Source: Burkholderiales bacterium
Lineage (GTDB): Bacteria > Pseudomonadota > Gammaproteobacteria > Burkholderiales > SG8-41
Length of the DNA: 64,000 bases
NCBI GenBank assembly: GCA_036262035.1
Contig: DATAJS010000005.1
Coordinates: 100,110-164,109, forward strand
Direction: 5' to 3'
In this document: positions 20,817 through 31,153 of the stretch, in pieces
Layout: every line of letters begins with the position of its first letter
Position numbering within the stretch: the first letter of the stretch is position 1
Notes under the pieces: model-generated
What the model saw: only the letters and a program-made list of their open reading frames with translations
Told to the model about the DNA's origin: nothing
Databases searched by the model: none
Position numbers and translations under genes: made by a program

Positions 20817-22783
20817 ATCACCCGCTCGTTACCGCCGTCGATGGGGATGCCCGCGCCGGTGGTCTTCGCGAAAACAGGACCGCACAGCTCGGCGGCGAGC
20901 TCCGCGACATCCGCACTCTTCACCTCGGTCCTGAGCACGTTGTTCGTCTTGTAGTCCGCGACGCTCATGCCGTAATGCGCGGCGCGCGAGGCGAGGACTT
21001 CTTCGGTCCAGATCCCGGTGTCGAACACCGCGTTCGGATGCACCACGTTGACGCGGATGCCGTCGACGCCCCATTCGAGCGCGGCGACGCGCGCGAGCTG
21101 CGTCAGCGCCGCCTTCGACGCCGAATACGCCGCCGCACCCGGTCCGGGCGCGGGTACGTTCTTCGAGCCGACGACGACCACGCGGCCGCCGCCGGGCGCG
21201 AGCTTGAGCAGCGGATGGCACTCGCGCAGGAGGCCCAGGTTCGCGTCGAGGTTAACGCTCATCACGCGGCGCCACTCGTCGTCGGCGAGCGCCTCGATCT
21301 TGCGCCCGCCGGGAAATACGCCGGCGTTGAGCACGATCATGTCGATACCGCCGAAGCGCCGCACCGCGCGGTCGATCGCGTCGCGCACGGCTTCGGGCGA
21401 CGTCACGTCGCACGTGATGCCGAGGTAATCGGGTCGCGATAGCGCGGTTTGCACGTCGGCGCTCAAATCGAGCGCGACCACCGCCGCGCCCCGCGCGAGA
21501 AACGACTGCACGCACGCCTTGCCGATGCCCGAAGCCGCGCCGGTCACCAGCGCCACCTCCCCGGCGAACGCCGGCGGCTTGCCGGCTTTTTTGAGCTTCG
21601 CCTGCTCGAGGTCCCAGTATTCGACGTCGAAGATGTCTTTCTCGGGCAGCGCGCGGTAGCCGCCGAGCGCGGTGGAGGCGAGGATGACGTCGATCGTGTG
21701 CGAGTAGAGGTCCCCGACGATCTTCGCGTCCTTCGCCGTACGCCCCAGCGTCGCGATGCCGAACGCGGGATCGATCGCCACGCGCGGCGCGGCGTCCAGC
21801 ATCGTTTTCGCCTGCTTCGCGGTCGGAGCGATGCGCTCGAAGTACTCGCGGTATGCGCGCGCATAGGCGGCCGCGTCGGTGCCGATCATCGGCACGCGCT
21901 TGGTGCGGATGACGTGATCCGGCGTGGCCGGGCCCTGCTGCGAGAGCGCCGCGAGGTCCGGGCGCTGCGCGAACGCGAGCGACTTCCCGTCCGAATGCGT
22001 CGTCATCACCAACGGCGTGCCTGCGAGATCGGACAGCTCCCGGCGCAGCCGCGCGAGGTCGAGCCGCTGCGCGGTGGCCGGCGAGGCGCTCGACTGAACC
22101 GCCCGCCTGCCGGCGCGCTGCTCGACGAAGCGCTCGGCGCGCGAGACGAGCGCGATCATGCGCTCGTACGATTCCTTCGCGGTGCCGCCGAACGAGAACA
22201 TGCCGTGGTTCATGAGCACCATGCCGATGGTGCCGGCGTGCGAGTGCTTCGAATACAGCCTGGCGCAGAGCCCCGCGAGATCGAAGCCGGGCATGATGTA
22301 GGGGATCACGACGACGTCGTCGCCGTAGATCTCGCGGATGTGCCGCTCGCCGTCGGCGGTGTTCGTCACCGCCAGCACCGCGTCGGCGTGCGTGTGGTCG
22401 ACGAACTTGTGCGGCAGGATCGCGTGCAGGATGGTCTCGACCGAAGGCGCGGGCGCGCCGGCGCGTATCGACTGCGTCGAGAGCTCGTTCATCATCTGCG
22501 GGTCGGAGAGCGCCTCGAGCTTCGCGAGCTCCAGCAGCGGCGGCAGCCGCACCGGCGTAAAGCCTTCCTCCTTGATCGTCTCGAGGTCCCAGCCGCTGCC
22601 TTTGACGTAGAGCAGGTCTTCCTCGCGGCCGGTGACGCCGCGCTCGCGCACCTTGACCGAAGTATTGCCTCCGCCGTGCAGCACCAGCGTGTGATCGCGG
22701 CCGAGCAGGCGCGACGTGTAAACCCTTAAACCGAGGTCCCCGCTGTACTGTGCGGCCTCGGCGTCGTTCCATAATGATTTCAT
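20813..22783 (-). CDS. Bifunctional class II aldolase/adducin domain plus short-chain dehydrogenase (rhamnulose-1-phosphate aldolase/alcohol dehydrogenase-like)
   Basis: This is the C-terminal 656 codons of the 1503-aa track ORF, starting at [13 protein letters not shown] (ATG 22783). The N-terminal aldolase part has [11 protein letters not shown] and FVDHTHAD. The C-terminal SDR part has [16 protein letters not shown] and YSASKAA. Confidence 0.85.
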   Translation of the reverse strand: MKSLWNDAEAAQYSGDLGLRVYTSRLLGRDHTLVLHGGGNTSVKVRERGVTGREEDLLYVKGSGWDLETIKEEGFTPVRLPPLLELAKLEALSDPQMMNELSTQSIRAGAPAPSVETILHAILPHKFVDHTHADAVLAVTNTADGERHIREIYGDDVVVIPYIMPGFDLAGLCARLYSKHSHAGTIGMVLMNHGMFSFGGTAKESYERMIALVSRAERFVEQRAGRRAVQSSASPATAQRLDLARLRRELSDLAGTPLVMTTHSDGKSLAFAQRPDLAALSQQGPATPDHVIRTKRVPMIGTDAAAYARAYREYFERIAPTAKQAKTMLDAAPRVAIDPAFGIATLGRTAKDAKIVGDLYSHTIDVILASTALGGYRALPEKDIFDVEYWDLEQAKLKKAGKPPAFAGEVALVTGAASGIGKACVQSFLARGAAVVALDLSADVQTALSRPDYLGITCDVTSPEAVRDAIDRAVRRFGGIDMIVLNAGVFPGGRKIEALADDEWRRVMSVNLDANLGLLRECHPLLKLAPGGGRVVVVGSKNVPAPGPGAAAYSASKAALTQLARVAALEWGVDGIRVNVVHPNAVFDTGIWTEEVLASRAAHYGMSVADYKTNNVLRTEVKSADVAELAAELCGPVFAKTTGAGIPIDGGNERVI

Positions 22784-22804
22784 TGCTCGATTATACTTTC
22801 CGCG

Positions 22805-24601
22805 ATGAACAAAGCCCGCGGGTTCACGGCTGTCGCGCTCACGCTGCTCCTGCTGGCTCCGGTCTGCATCCACGCCGCCGTTCCCCCGAAGACCCTGCGG
22901 GCCACGTTCCAGGTCGCCGAGACCGGCTTCGACCCGGTGAAGATCTCGGACTACTACTCCGGGACGATCATCGAGGCGATCTTCGAGCCGCTCCTCACCT
23001 ACGATTACCTCGCTCGCCCCGCGACGCTGGTGCCGAACACCGCGGAGGCGATGCCCGAGGTCACCGACGAGGGGCGCACCTATACCTTTCGCGTGAAGCG
23101 CGGCATCCGCTTCGCCGACGACCCCGCCTTCAAAGGACGGCCGCGCGAGCTCACGGCGCACGACTACGCGTACTCGATCAAGCGCTTCCTCGACCCGAAG
23201 AACCGCTCGCCGTACGCCTTCATCTTCGAAGGCAAGATCGTCGGCCTCGACGAGCTCGCGGCACGGGCGAAGAAGACCCACCGCTTCGACTACGATGCGA
23301 AGGTCGAGGGCCTCGAGACGCCCGACCGCTACACGCTGCGCATCCGGCTCAAGACCACCGATTACAACTTCGCCCACCTGCTCGCGTTTTCGCTGTCGGG
23401 GGCGGTCGCGCGCGAGGCGATCGAGGCCTACGGCGACGAGACCGCCGCGCATCCGGTCGGCACCGGTCCGTTTCTGCTCAAGAGCTACACGCGCTCGTCC
23501 AAGATCGTCCTCGAAGCCAATCCGCTCTACCGCGGCAAGATCTGGGATTTCACGCCTCACGACGACGTGGGCCGGCGCATCGCCGAGCGCATGAAAGGCA
23601 AGCGCCTGCCGCAGATCGAGCGCGTCGAAGTATCGATCATCGAAGAGACGCAGAGCCGCTGGCTCGCGTTCATCTCGGGCGCGACCGACATGGAATATCA
23701 GCTCGCCGAGGTCGCGCCGCTGTTCCTCACGGGCGACGGCAAGCTCAAGCCCGAGCTCGTAAAGCGCGGCATCCAGCTCGACCGCAGCATCGACCCGGAG
23801 ATCATCTACACCTACTTCAACATGTCGCCGATGCTCGGCGACGTGCCCAACCCGGTCGCCGGTTTCTCCAAGGACAAGATCGCGCTGCGGCGCGCGATCG
23901 CGATGGCGTACAACGTCGACGACCAGATCCGCATCATCCGCAAGGGCCAGGCGGTGCGCGCGCATTACCCGATCCCGCCCGGCGTCGCCGGACACGACCC
24001 CGATCACAGGAATCCGATACCGTACTCGCCCCAGCTCGCGAACGCGCTCCTCGACCGCTACGGCTACAAGCGGGGCGCCGACGGTTATCGCACCCTGCCC
24101 GACGGCAAGCCGCTGACGATCCGCTACTCGTCGACGCCGAGCGAGCGCGACCGCCAGTTCGACGAGCTCATGAAGCGCTCGCTGGATTCGATCGGCATCC
24201 GGCTGCAGATCCACAAGGACCGCTTTGCCGAGCTCATCAAGCTCGAGAACGAATGCCGGCTGATGATGCGCGGCGCGGCGTGGATCGCCGACTATCCGGA
24301 CGGCGACAACTTCATGCAGCTCCTCTACGGTCCCAACTCGAAGCAGAGCAACAACGCATGCTACCGGTCGCCGGAGTTCGACGAGCGCTACGAGAAATCG
24401 CGCCTGCTGCCGAACGGTCCGGAGCGCGACAAGCTGTACCACGAGATGACGCGGCTGATGGAGGTGCACACGGTGTGGATCATGGGCGACAGCCGCTATC
24501 GCAACATGCTGCTCCAGCCCTACGTCGTCGGCTACCGCAAGCACCCGGTGTTCCACACCGAGTGGCTGTACCTCGACCTCGAGCGCACGCCCGGGAAGTA
24601 A
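22805..24601 (+). CDS. ABC transporter substrate-binding protein, family 5 (peptide/nickel/opine type)
   Basis: 598 aa with a signal peptide (LLLLAPVCIHAA) and an SBP_bac_5-like pattern (TYTFRVKRGIRFADDP, YAYSIKRFLDP). Confidence 0.85.
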   Translation: MNKARGFTAVALTLLLLAPVCIHAAVPPKTLRATFQVAETGFDPVKISDYYSGTIIEAIFEPLLTYDYLARPATLVPNTAEAMPEVTDEGRTYTFRVKRGIRFADDPAFKGRPRELTAHDYAYSIKRFLDPKNRSPYAFIFEGKIVGLDELAARAKKTHRFDYDAKVEGLETPDRYTLRIRLKTTDYNFAHLLAFSLSGAVAREAIEAYGDETAAHPVGTGPFLLKSYTRSSKIVLEANPLYRGKIWDFTPHDDVGRRIAERMKGKRLPQIERVEVSIIEETQSRWLAFISGATDMEYQLAEVAPLFLTGDGKLKPELVKRGIQLDRSIDPEIIYTYFNMSPMLGDVPNPVAGFSKDKIALRRAIAMAYNVDDQIRIIRKGQAVRAHYPIPPGVAGHDPDHRNPIPYSPQLANALLDRYGYKRGADGYRTLPDGKPLTIRYSSTPSERDRQFDELMKRSLDSIGIRLQIHKDRFAELIKLENECRLMMRGAAWIADYPDGDNFMQLLYGPNSKQSNNACYRSPEFDERYEKSRLLPNGPERDKLYHEMTRLMEVHTVWIMGDSRYRNMLLQPYVVGYRKHPVFHTEWLYLDLERTPGK

Positions 24602-24604
24602 GCG

Positions 24605-25543
24605 TTGCTCGCCTACATCCTGCGCCGCGTCTGGCAGTTCGTTCCCACGCTCCTCGGCGTGGTGCTGCTCGTCTTCATCCTGTTCAACTGGGTCGGCGGC
24701 GATCCCGCCTACATCCTCGCCGGCAAGATCTCCAACCCCGAGCACATCGAGAACATCCGCCGCCAGCTCGGCGTCGACCGGCCGTATTACGTGCAGCTCT
24801 GGATCTTCGTGCAGCAGATCGCGACGGGCGATTTCGGCGCGAGCTGGGCGACCAACGAGAACGTGTCGAGCATTTTCGCCACGCGCATCGGCCCGTCGCT
24901 CATGGTGCTCGTGCCGATGCTGCTGATCGGCACGCTGCTCGCGATGGCCGCGGCGATGATCGTCGCCTACGTGCGCGGCAGCGTCACCGACCGCGCGATC
25001 ATGATCGCGTGCACCGTCGGCCAGTCGATCAGCATCCTGGTGTACATCATCGTGCTCCAGTACGTGCTCGGCTATCAGCTCGGCTGGTTCCCGGTGCAGG
25101 GCTGGAGCCGCGACTTCCGGGACAACCTGCTCCTCTACAGCGCGCTCCCGGTCATCGTCGGCGTCATCGTCTCGCTCGCGCCGGACATCCGCCTCTACCG
25201 CAGCTTCTTCCTCGAGGAGATCAACCAGGATTACGTGCGCACCGCGCGCGCCAAGGGCATGAGCGAGCCGCGCGTGATGAGCGTACACGTGCTGCGCAAC
25301 GCCGCGATCCCCATCGTGACTCACGTGCTGATCCAGCTTCCCGGCCTGCTCGCGGGCGCATTCCTCATCGAGCGTTTCTTCTCCATCCCCGGTATCGGCC
25401 GCGAGGTGATCCTCGCGGTGGAGCGCAGCGATTTTCCGGTCATCAAGGCGGTGACGGTGTACATCGCGATCGCGACGATGGTCATCAACCTCCTGGCGGA
25501 CCTCCTCTACAAAGCGGTCGATCCGCGGGTGCAGCTCAAATGA
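24605..25543 (+). CDS. ABC transporter permease (DppB/OppB-like)
   Basis: 312 aa with N-terminal LAYILRRVWQFVPTLLGVVLLVF and the EAA-loop region YVRTARAKGMSEPRVMSVHVLRNA. TTG start 3 nt after the SBP stop. Confidence 0.85.
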   Translation: MLAYILRRVWQFVPTLLGVVLLVFILFNWVGGDPAYILAGKISNPEHIENIRRQLGVDRPYYVQLWIFVQQIATGDFGASWATNENVSSIFATRIGPSLMVLVPMLLIGTLLAMAAAMIVAYVRGSVTDRAIMIACTVGQSISILVYIIVLQYVLGYQLGWFPVQGWSRDFRDNLLLYSALPVIVGVIVSLAPDIRLYRSFFLEEINQDYVRTARAKGMSEPRVMSVHVLRNAAIPIVTHVLIQLPGLLAGAFLIERFFSIPGIGREVILAVERSDFPVIKAVTVYIAIATMVINLLADLLYKAVDPRVQLK

Positions 25544-26589
25544 CCGCAGACACCGCCGCCCTGCCCGCCGCCGACCCGACTTCGCCGGGGTTGTGGCAGC
25601 TAGCCACGCGCCGTCTGCGCCGCGACCGCGTCGGCTCGATCTCGCTCGTGGTCGTGCTGCTCTTCGTGCTCGTCAGCGTCGCCGCGGCGCTGGGCGTCGT
25701 CGCCGAGGACTGGCAGGACGAGGTCGGGGTGAGCTACGCGCCGCCTTCGTTTCTCGGCCGCGGCGCCGCCGCGCCGGACGCAGTCACCGCCGCGCAGACG
25801 GCGATCGACCGATCCTCGCCCGAAGCGATCGCGATTCCGGACCCGCTCGCCGAGGACCTCGCGGAGATCGCAAAGTCGCTCACCGGAACCGGCGCGGGCG
25901 CACAACGCGCGGCGACGCTGCCTTTCGGCGCGGACAAGTGGGGCCGCGACGTGCTCGCCAAGACGATCAAGGGCACGCAGACCTCGCTCCTCGTCGGTCT
26001 CGCGTCGGCGCTGGTCGCGACACTGCTCGGCACGCTGTTCGGCGCGGCGGCGGGCTTCATGGGCGGGCGCACCGACGCGATCTTCAACTGGCTGTACAGC
26101 GTGCTCACCTCGATTCCCTACCTGCTCCTCATCCTCGCCATCGCCGCGGTGCTCGGCCAGAAAGGCACCGCGACGGTGGTGCTCATCCTCGGGCTCACCG
26201 GCTGGACCGGCATCTTCAGGCTGGTCCGCGCCGAATACCTCAAGCACAAGGTGCGCGAGTACGTCGTCGCCGCCGACGCCATCGGCGCCTCGCGCGCGCG
26301 CCGCATGTTCGTGCACATCCTGCCCAACGTGGGCCACGTCGTGCTGGTGCAGCTCTCGCTGCACGTCGTGCTGTTCATCAAGTCCGAGGTGATCCTCTCC
26401 TTCCTCGGTTTCGGCGTCGGGGTGGACACGGTGTCGTGGGGCAGCATGCTCAGCGAAGCGCAGAACGAATTGCTCATCGGCAAATGGTGGCAGCTCGCCG
26501 CGGCCACGGCGGCCATGGCGGCGCTGGTCACGACGTTCAGCCTGTTCACCGACGCGCTGCGCGATGCGCTCGATCCGAGGCTGACATGA
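25540..26589 (+). CDS. ABC transporter permease (DppC/OppC-like) with extended N-terminal periplasmic segment
   Basis: ATG 25540 (MTADTAALP...) forms an ATGA overlap with the upstream stop. It contains LGADKWGRDVL-type and YVVAADAIGASRARRMFVHILPN motifs. It is embedded in an artefactual 1279-aa track ORF. Confidence 0.85.
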   Translation: MTADTAALPAADPTSPGLWQLATRRLRRDRVGSISLVVVLLFVLVSVAAALGVVAEDWQDEVGVSYAPPSFLGRGAAAPDAVTAAQTAIDRSSPEAIAIPDPLAEDLAEIAKSLTGTGAGAQRAATLPFGADKWGRDVLAKTIKGTQTSLLVGLASALVATLLGTLFGAAAGFMGGRTDAIFNWLYSVLTSIPYLLLILAIAAVLGQKGTATVVLILGLTGWTGIFRLVRAEYLKHKVREYVVAADAIGASRARRMFVHILPNVGHVVLVQLSLHVVLFIKSEVILSFLGFGVGVDTVSWGSMLSEAQNELLIGKWWQLAAATAAMAALVTTFSLFTDALRDALDPRLT

Positions 26590-28295
26590 GCGCTCCGCTG
26601 CTCGCCGTCCACGCTCTCGGCGTCGCCTTCAGCACCGACGACGGCGGTGCGGTCGCGGCGGTGCGCGGCGTCTCGTTCGACGTCCCTCGCGGCGGCACCG
26701 TCGCGCTCGTCGGCGAATCGGGCAGCGGCAAGTCGGTCAGCGCACTCGCGGTGATGGGGTTGCTGCCGCCGAACGCGCGCGTCGATCCGGCGAGCCGCAT
26801 CGAGTTCGACGGGCGCGGGCTGCTCGCCCTGGGCGCAGCCGAGCGGCAGGCGATCCGCGGCCGTGACGTCGGCATGATCTTCCAGGAGCCGATGAGCTCG
26901 CTGAACCCGGTCTTCACGGTCGGATTCCAGCTCGTCGAAGTCCTGCGCAAGCACCTGAAGCTCGGCCGGCGGTCGGCGAGGAAGCGCGCCATCGAGCTCC
27001 TGGACGAAGTCGGCATACCGGAGCCGCACGCGCGCATCGACGCCTATCCGTTCCAGCTCTCCGGAGGGCAGCAGCAGCGCGTGATGATCGCGATGGCGAT
27101 CGCGTGCGAGCCCAAGCTCCTCATCGCGGACGAGCCGACCACGGCGCTCGACGTGACGGTGCAGAAGCAGATCGTCGAGCTCATCGCCAGCCTCCAGCAA
27201 CGCCGCGGCATGTCGGTGCTCTTCATCACCCACGACCTCGCGCTCGTCGCGGAGATCGCGGATCGGGTGGTCGTGATGCGCGACGGCGTGGTGCGCGAGG
27301 AAGGCGCAGTCGCGGACGTCTTCAGCGCGCCGAAAGACGCGTACACCGCGGCGCTGCTCGCGTGCCGGCCGCCGGCCGATTCGAGGCCCGCGCGGCTGCC
27401 GGTCATCGACGATTTTCTCGACGGGAGCGCCGCGGCGAACGCGCGCACCGAAGTCGAGCGGACCCGCGGCATTACGGACCGTGATGCCGTCGTGCTCGAA
27501 GCGCGCAACCTCGCGAAGAGCTATTACCGGCGGGTGGGCCTCACGCGCAAGGCCGAATCGCACGTGGTCAGGGACGCCTCGTTCACCCTGAAGCGCGGAA
27601 GGACGCTCGGGATCGTCGGCGAATCGGGCTCGGGCAAGACGACGCTCGCGATGATGCTGATGCGCCTCACCGAGCCGACCGCGGGCGAAGTGCTGTTCGA
27701 AGGGCGCGATCTCGTGACGCTTGCGCGCGAGCGCACGCTGGAGATGAAGCGCAAGATCCAGATCGTTTTCCAGAACCCTTACGCGTCGCTCAATCCGCGC
27801 TTCACCGCGGGCGAGATCCTCACCGAGCCCATGAAGATCCACGGCATCGGCGCGGGCGCGCGCGATCGGCGGAACCTGGCGTACGAGTTGCTCGGCAAGG
27901 TCGGCCTGCCTCGGAGCGCCTTCTTCAAGTATCCTCACGAGTTCTCGGGCGGGCAGCGCCAGCGCATCGCCATCGCGCGCTGCCTCACGATGAGGCCCGA
28001 CGTCCTCATCTGCGACGAGTCGGTATCGGCGCTCGACGTCTCGGTGCAGGCACAGCTGCTGAATCTGCTGCAGGACCTACAGGACGAGTACGCCATGAGC
28101 TACATCTTCATCTCCCACGACCTCGCGGTCGTCCGTTACATGGCGGACGAGGTCATGGTGATGAGCGAAGGCGAGATCGTCGAGATCGCGGGCTCGGACG
28201 AGATCTACCGCGCTCCGAGGCACCCGTACACGCAGAAGCTGCTCGCGTCACAGCCGCGCGTCCCGGCAGGCGTCGCCGCATCGACCCGCGCATGA
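26586..28295 (+). CDS. ABC transporter ATP-binding protein with two fused ABC domains (DppD/DppF-like)
   Basis: ATG 26586 (MSAPLLAVHALG) forms an ATGA overlap. It has two Walker A motifs (GESGSGKS, GESGSGKT) and two signatures (LSGGQQQR, FSGGQRQR). Confidence 0.9.
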   Translation: MSAPLLAVHALGVAFSTDDGGAVAAVRGVSFDVPRGGTVALVGESGSGKSVSALAVMGLLPPNARVDPASRIEFDGRGLLALGAAERQAIRGRDVGMIFQEPMSSLNPVFTVGFQLVEVLRKHLKLGRRSARKRAIELLDEVGIPEPHARIDAYPFQLSGGQQQRVMIAMAIACEPKLLIADEPTTALDVTVQKQIVELIASLQQRRGMSVLFITHDLALVAEIADRVVVMRDGVVREEGAVADVFSAPKDAYTAALLACRPPADSRPARLPVIDDFLDGSAAANARTEVERTRGITDRDAVVLEARNLAKSYYRRVGLTRKAESHVVRDASFTLKRGRTLGIVGESGSGKTTLAMMLMRLTEPTAGEVLFEGRDLVTLARERTLEMKRKIQIVFQNPYASLNPRFTAGEILTEPMKIHGIGAGARDRRNLAYELLGKVGLPRSAFFKYPHEFSGGQRQRIAIARCLTMRPDVLICDESVSALDVSVQAQLLNLLQDLQDEYAMSYIFISHDLAVVRYMADEVMVMSEGEIVEIAGSDEIYRAPRHPYTQKLLASQPRVPAGVAASTRA

Positions 28296-30109
28296 CGTTC
28301 GGCAGCACCGCAAGGACATTGCGCGCCGCCGCCGCGGCGCTCGCGCTGGCCGCGACCGGCGACGCATGGGCGGCACACGCCTATGCCCAGTTCGGCGACG
28401 TGAAATATCCGCCGGGCTTCGATCACTTCGATTACGTGAACCCGAAGGCGCCCAAGGGCGGAGCCATCGACCTGGTGCCGCCGCTGCGCATTACCAACTT
28501 CGACAAGTACAACCCGTTCACTCTGAAGGGGACTGCTGCGCCGGGCCTCGGCGATCTCGTCTTCGAAACGCTGCTGACCGGTAACTTCGACGAGCCGACG
28601 ACCGCCTACGGCCTGCTCGCCGAGGATGTGCAGGTTCCGCCCGACAAGATGTCGGTGACGTTCCGGCTCAACCCGGCGGCCCGCTTCCACAACGGCAAAC
28701 CGGTGCTCGCGGCGGACGTGAAGCACAGCTTCGACACCCTGATGAGCAAGCAGGCTCACCCCCAGTATCGCGTGGTGTTCGGGGACGTCGCCGGCTGCAC
28801 CGTGACCGGTCCCCTGACCGTGCGCTTCGATTTCAGGAAAGCGAGCGCGGAGCTGCCGCTGCTCGTCGGCGGGATACCGGTCTTCAGCCGCGACTGGGGC
28901 GCGGGCAAGCCGTTCGACCAGGTCATCACCGACATTCCCATCGGGAGCGGCCCGTATCGCATCGGGCGCGTGAACTTCGGGCGCGACATCAGCTACAACC
29001 GCGATCCGAACTACTGGGGACGCGACCTGAACGTGCGCCGCGGAACGTACAACTTCGACCGCATCACGCAGAAGATCTACAAGGACAACACGGCGCAGAC
29101 CGAAGGCTTCAAGGCCGGCGAGTTCGATTACATCCAGGTGTTCTCGGCCAAGGACTGGGTGCGGTCTTACGTCGGCAAGAAATTCACCTCGGGCGAGATC
29201 ATCAAGGAGTCGCTCAAGCCGAAGAACGCCGGCGACTTCCAGGGGTTCCTGATCAACACTCGGCGCGAGAAGTTCAAGGACGTGCGGGTGCGCGAGGCGA
29301 TCGGGCTCGCGTTCGACTTCGAGTGGATCAACCACATGATCAACTACGATGCGCACACGCGCGTTCGCGGATTCTTCAACGACAGCGATTTCGAGGCGAA
29401 AGGCCTGCCGGGACCCGACGAGCTCGCGGTAATGGAGCCGCTTCGGAAGCTCATTCCCGAGAAGATCTTCACCCAGCCGGTACCGATGCCGCCGACGACC
29501 AAGCCGCCCGACAGCCTGCGCGGCAATCTGCGCAAGGCGCGCGAATTATTGGCGCAGGCGGGCTGGACCTACCGCGACGGCGCATTGCGTAACGCGAAAG
29601 GCGAGCCGTTCACGATCGAGTATCTGTCCGACGGCGCGCGCGGCGAAGTCATCGTCACGCCCTATTTCCAGCAGCTCGCCAAGCTCGGCATCCAGGGCAC
29701 CATCCGCAGGGCCGATTTCGCGCTCATTCAGAAGCGCCTCGACGTCTTCGACTACGATCTGTTCATCGTGCGCATCCCGGGACGCGAAGCGCCGGGCACC
29801 GATCTCATCGATCAGTTCAGCTCGAAGTCGGCGGACACCGAGGGATCGAGCAACTGGATGGGCATACGCGATCCGGCGGTCGACGCGCTGGTCGAGCTCG
29901 TCGCGACCGCGACGACGCGCCCGGAGCTCGTGGCGCGCCTGCGCACCCTGGACCGTGTACTACGGTTCGGCTTCTACGTCGTGCCGCAGTACTACAGCCG
30001 CGCCTATCGCATCGCGTACAAGAGCGGGAAGTTCGAGCGCCCCGCGGTCGCGCCGTCGTACTACCGCGCGGAAGACTGGGTCGTTTCCACCTGGTGGCGG
30101 AAGCAATAG
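28292..30109 (+). CDS. yejA: Extracellular solute-binding protein, YejA-like (peptide/microcin C type importer)
   Basis: 605 aa with a signal peptide (AAAALALAATGDAWAAHA) and a family-5 SBP pattern. It is followed by unmistakable yejB/E/F homologues. The start overlaps the upstream stop by 4 nt. Confidence 0.75.
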   Translation: MTFGSTARTLRAAAAALALAATGDAWAAHAYAQFGDVKYPPGFDHFDYVNPKAPKGGAIDLVPPLRITNFDKYNPFTLKGTAAPGLGDLVFETLLTGNFDEPTTAYGLLAEDVQVPPDKMSVTFRLNPAARFHNGKPVLAADVKHSFDTLMSKQAHPQYRVVFGDVAGCTVTGPLTVRFDFRKASAELPLLVGGIPVFSRDWGAGKPFDQVITDIPIGSGPYRIGRVNFGRDISYNRDPNYWGRDLNVRRGTYNFDRITQKIYKDNTAQTEGFKAGEFDYIQVFSAKDWVRSYVGKKFTSGEIIKESLKPKNAGDFQGFLINTRREKFKDVRVREAIGLAFDFEWINHMINYDAHTRVRGFFNDSDFEAKGLPGPDELAVMEPLRKLIPEKIFTQPVPMPPTTKPPDSLRGNLRKARELLAQAGWTYRDGALRNAKGEPFTIEYLSDGARGEVIVTPYFQQLAKLGIQGTIRRADFALIQKRLDVFDYDLFIVRIPGREAPGTDLIDQFSSKSADTEGSSNWMGIRDPAVDALVELVATATTRPELVARLRTLDRVLRFGFYVVPQYYSRAYRIAYKSGKFERPAVAPSYYRAEDWVVSTWWRKQ

Positions 30110-30112
30110 GCG

Positions 30113-31153
30113 ATGTGGTCATACATACTTAAACGAGTCCTGCTCATGGTGCCGACGCTCCTCGGCATCCTGCTCATCACGTTCACCATCACGCAGTTCG
30201 TGCCCGGCGGCCCCGTGGAGCAGATGGTGGCGCAGCTCAAGGGCCGGGAGGGCGGCGGTGAAGGGCCGGCGAGCACCGGCGGCTATCGCGGCCGCCAGGG
30301 CGTGGACGCCAAACGCGTCGAAGAGATCAGGAAGCTCTACGGCTTCGACAAGCCGGCGCACGAGCGCTTCCTGCTCATGCTCTCGCGCTACGCCCGGTTC
30401 GACCTGGGCAAGAGCTTCTTCCACAACAAGGACGTGTGGCAGCTCATCCTGGAGAAGCTGCCGGTGTCGATCAGCCTGGGGATGTGGACGTTCCTCCTCG
30501 TCTATCTCATCTCGATCCCGCTCGGCATCGCCAAGGCGGTGCGGGCCGGCACCAAGTTCGACACCGCGACGACGTTCATCGTGCTCCTCGGCTATTCCAT
30601 CCCGGCGTTCGTGATGGGGGTCGTGCTGCTCGTGCTGTTCGCCGGGGGGACCTTCGTACAGTGGTTCCCGCTGCGTGGCCTGACCTCGTTCAGCTGGCCC
30701 GACATGGATCTGTGGCACAAGATCGTCGATTACCTCTGGCACATCACCCTGCCGGTCACGGCCATGGTGCTCGGCGGCTTCGCGGTCATCACCATCCTCA
30801 CCAAGAACTCGGTGCTCGAAGAGATCCGCAAACAGTACGTGCTCACCGCGCGCGCCAAAGGCGTGGACGAGAAGAAAGTGCTGTGGAAGCACGTCTTTCG
30901 CAACGCGATGATCCCCATCCTGACCGGTTTCCCCGCCGCGTTCGTCGGCGCGTTCTTCACCGGCTCGATCCTGATCGAGACGCTGTTCTCCCTCGACGGG
31001 CTGGGCCTGCTCTCGTACGAGTCGGTGATCCGCCGCGACTATCCGGTGGTCATGGGCAGCCTCTTCTTCTTCACCATCATAGGGCTCGTCGCGACGCTCT
31101 TACGCGACCTGTCGTATCTGTGGGTGGACCCGCGTGTCAAATACTTCGGCTGA
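30113..31153 (+). CDS. yejB: Peptide ABC importer permease YejB
   Basis: 346 aa, colinear by eye with E. coli YejB: YGFDKPAHERF, LPVSISLG, FPLRGL, IVDYLWHITLPV, TARAKGVDEKKVLWKHVFRNA. Confidence 0.85.
   Translation: MWSYILKRVLLMVPTLLGILLITFTITQFVPGGPVEQMVAQLKGREGGGEGPASTGGYRGRQGVDAKRVEEIRKLYGFDKPAHERFLLMLSRYARFDLGKSFFHNKDVWQLILEKLPVSISLGMWTFLLVYLISIPLGIAKAVRAGTKFDTATTFIVLLGYSIPAFVMGVVLLVLFAGGTFVQWFPLRGLTSFSWPDMDLWHKIVDYLWHITLPVTAMVLGGFAVITILTKNSVLEEIRKQYVLTARAKGVDEKKVLWKHVFRNAMIPILTGFPAAFVGAFFTGSILIETLFSLDGLGLLSYESVIRRDYPVVMGSLFFFTIIGLVATLLRDLSYLWVDPRVKYFG

Noticed and set aside
22784-25324. N-terminal 847 codons of the 1503-aa minus-strand ORF (20813..25324), which would make a giant protein
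   Set aside because: This part is antisense to three well-supported ABC transporter genes. It has an Arg/Asp/His/Val-rich composition typical of an antisense frame and no recognisable domains. The recognisable aldolase::SDR protein starts at ATG 22783.
22750-26589. 1279-aa plus-strand ORF spanning the SBP and permease genes
   Set aside because: It is an alternate frame across real genes, and its Arg/Pro/Ala-rich translation is meaningless. Only the last 349 codons (from ATG 25540) encode the DppC-like permease. It is a high-GC artefact, because stop codons are rare.
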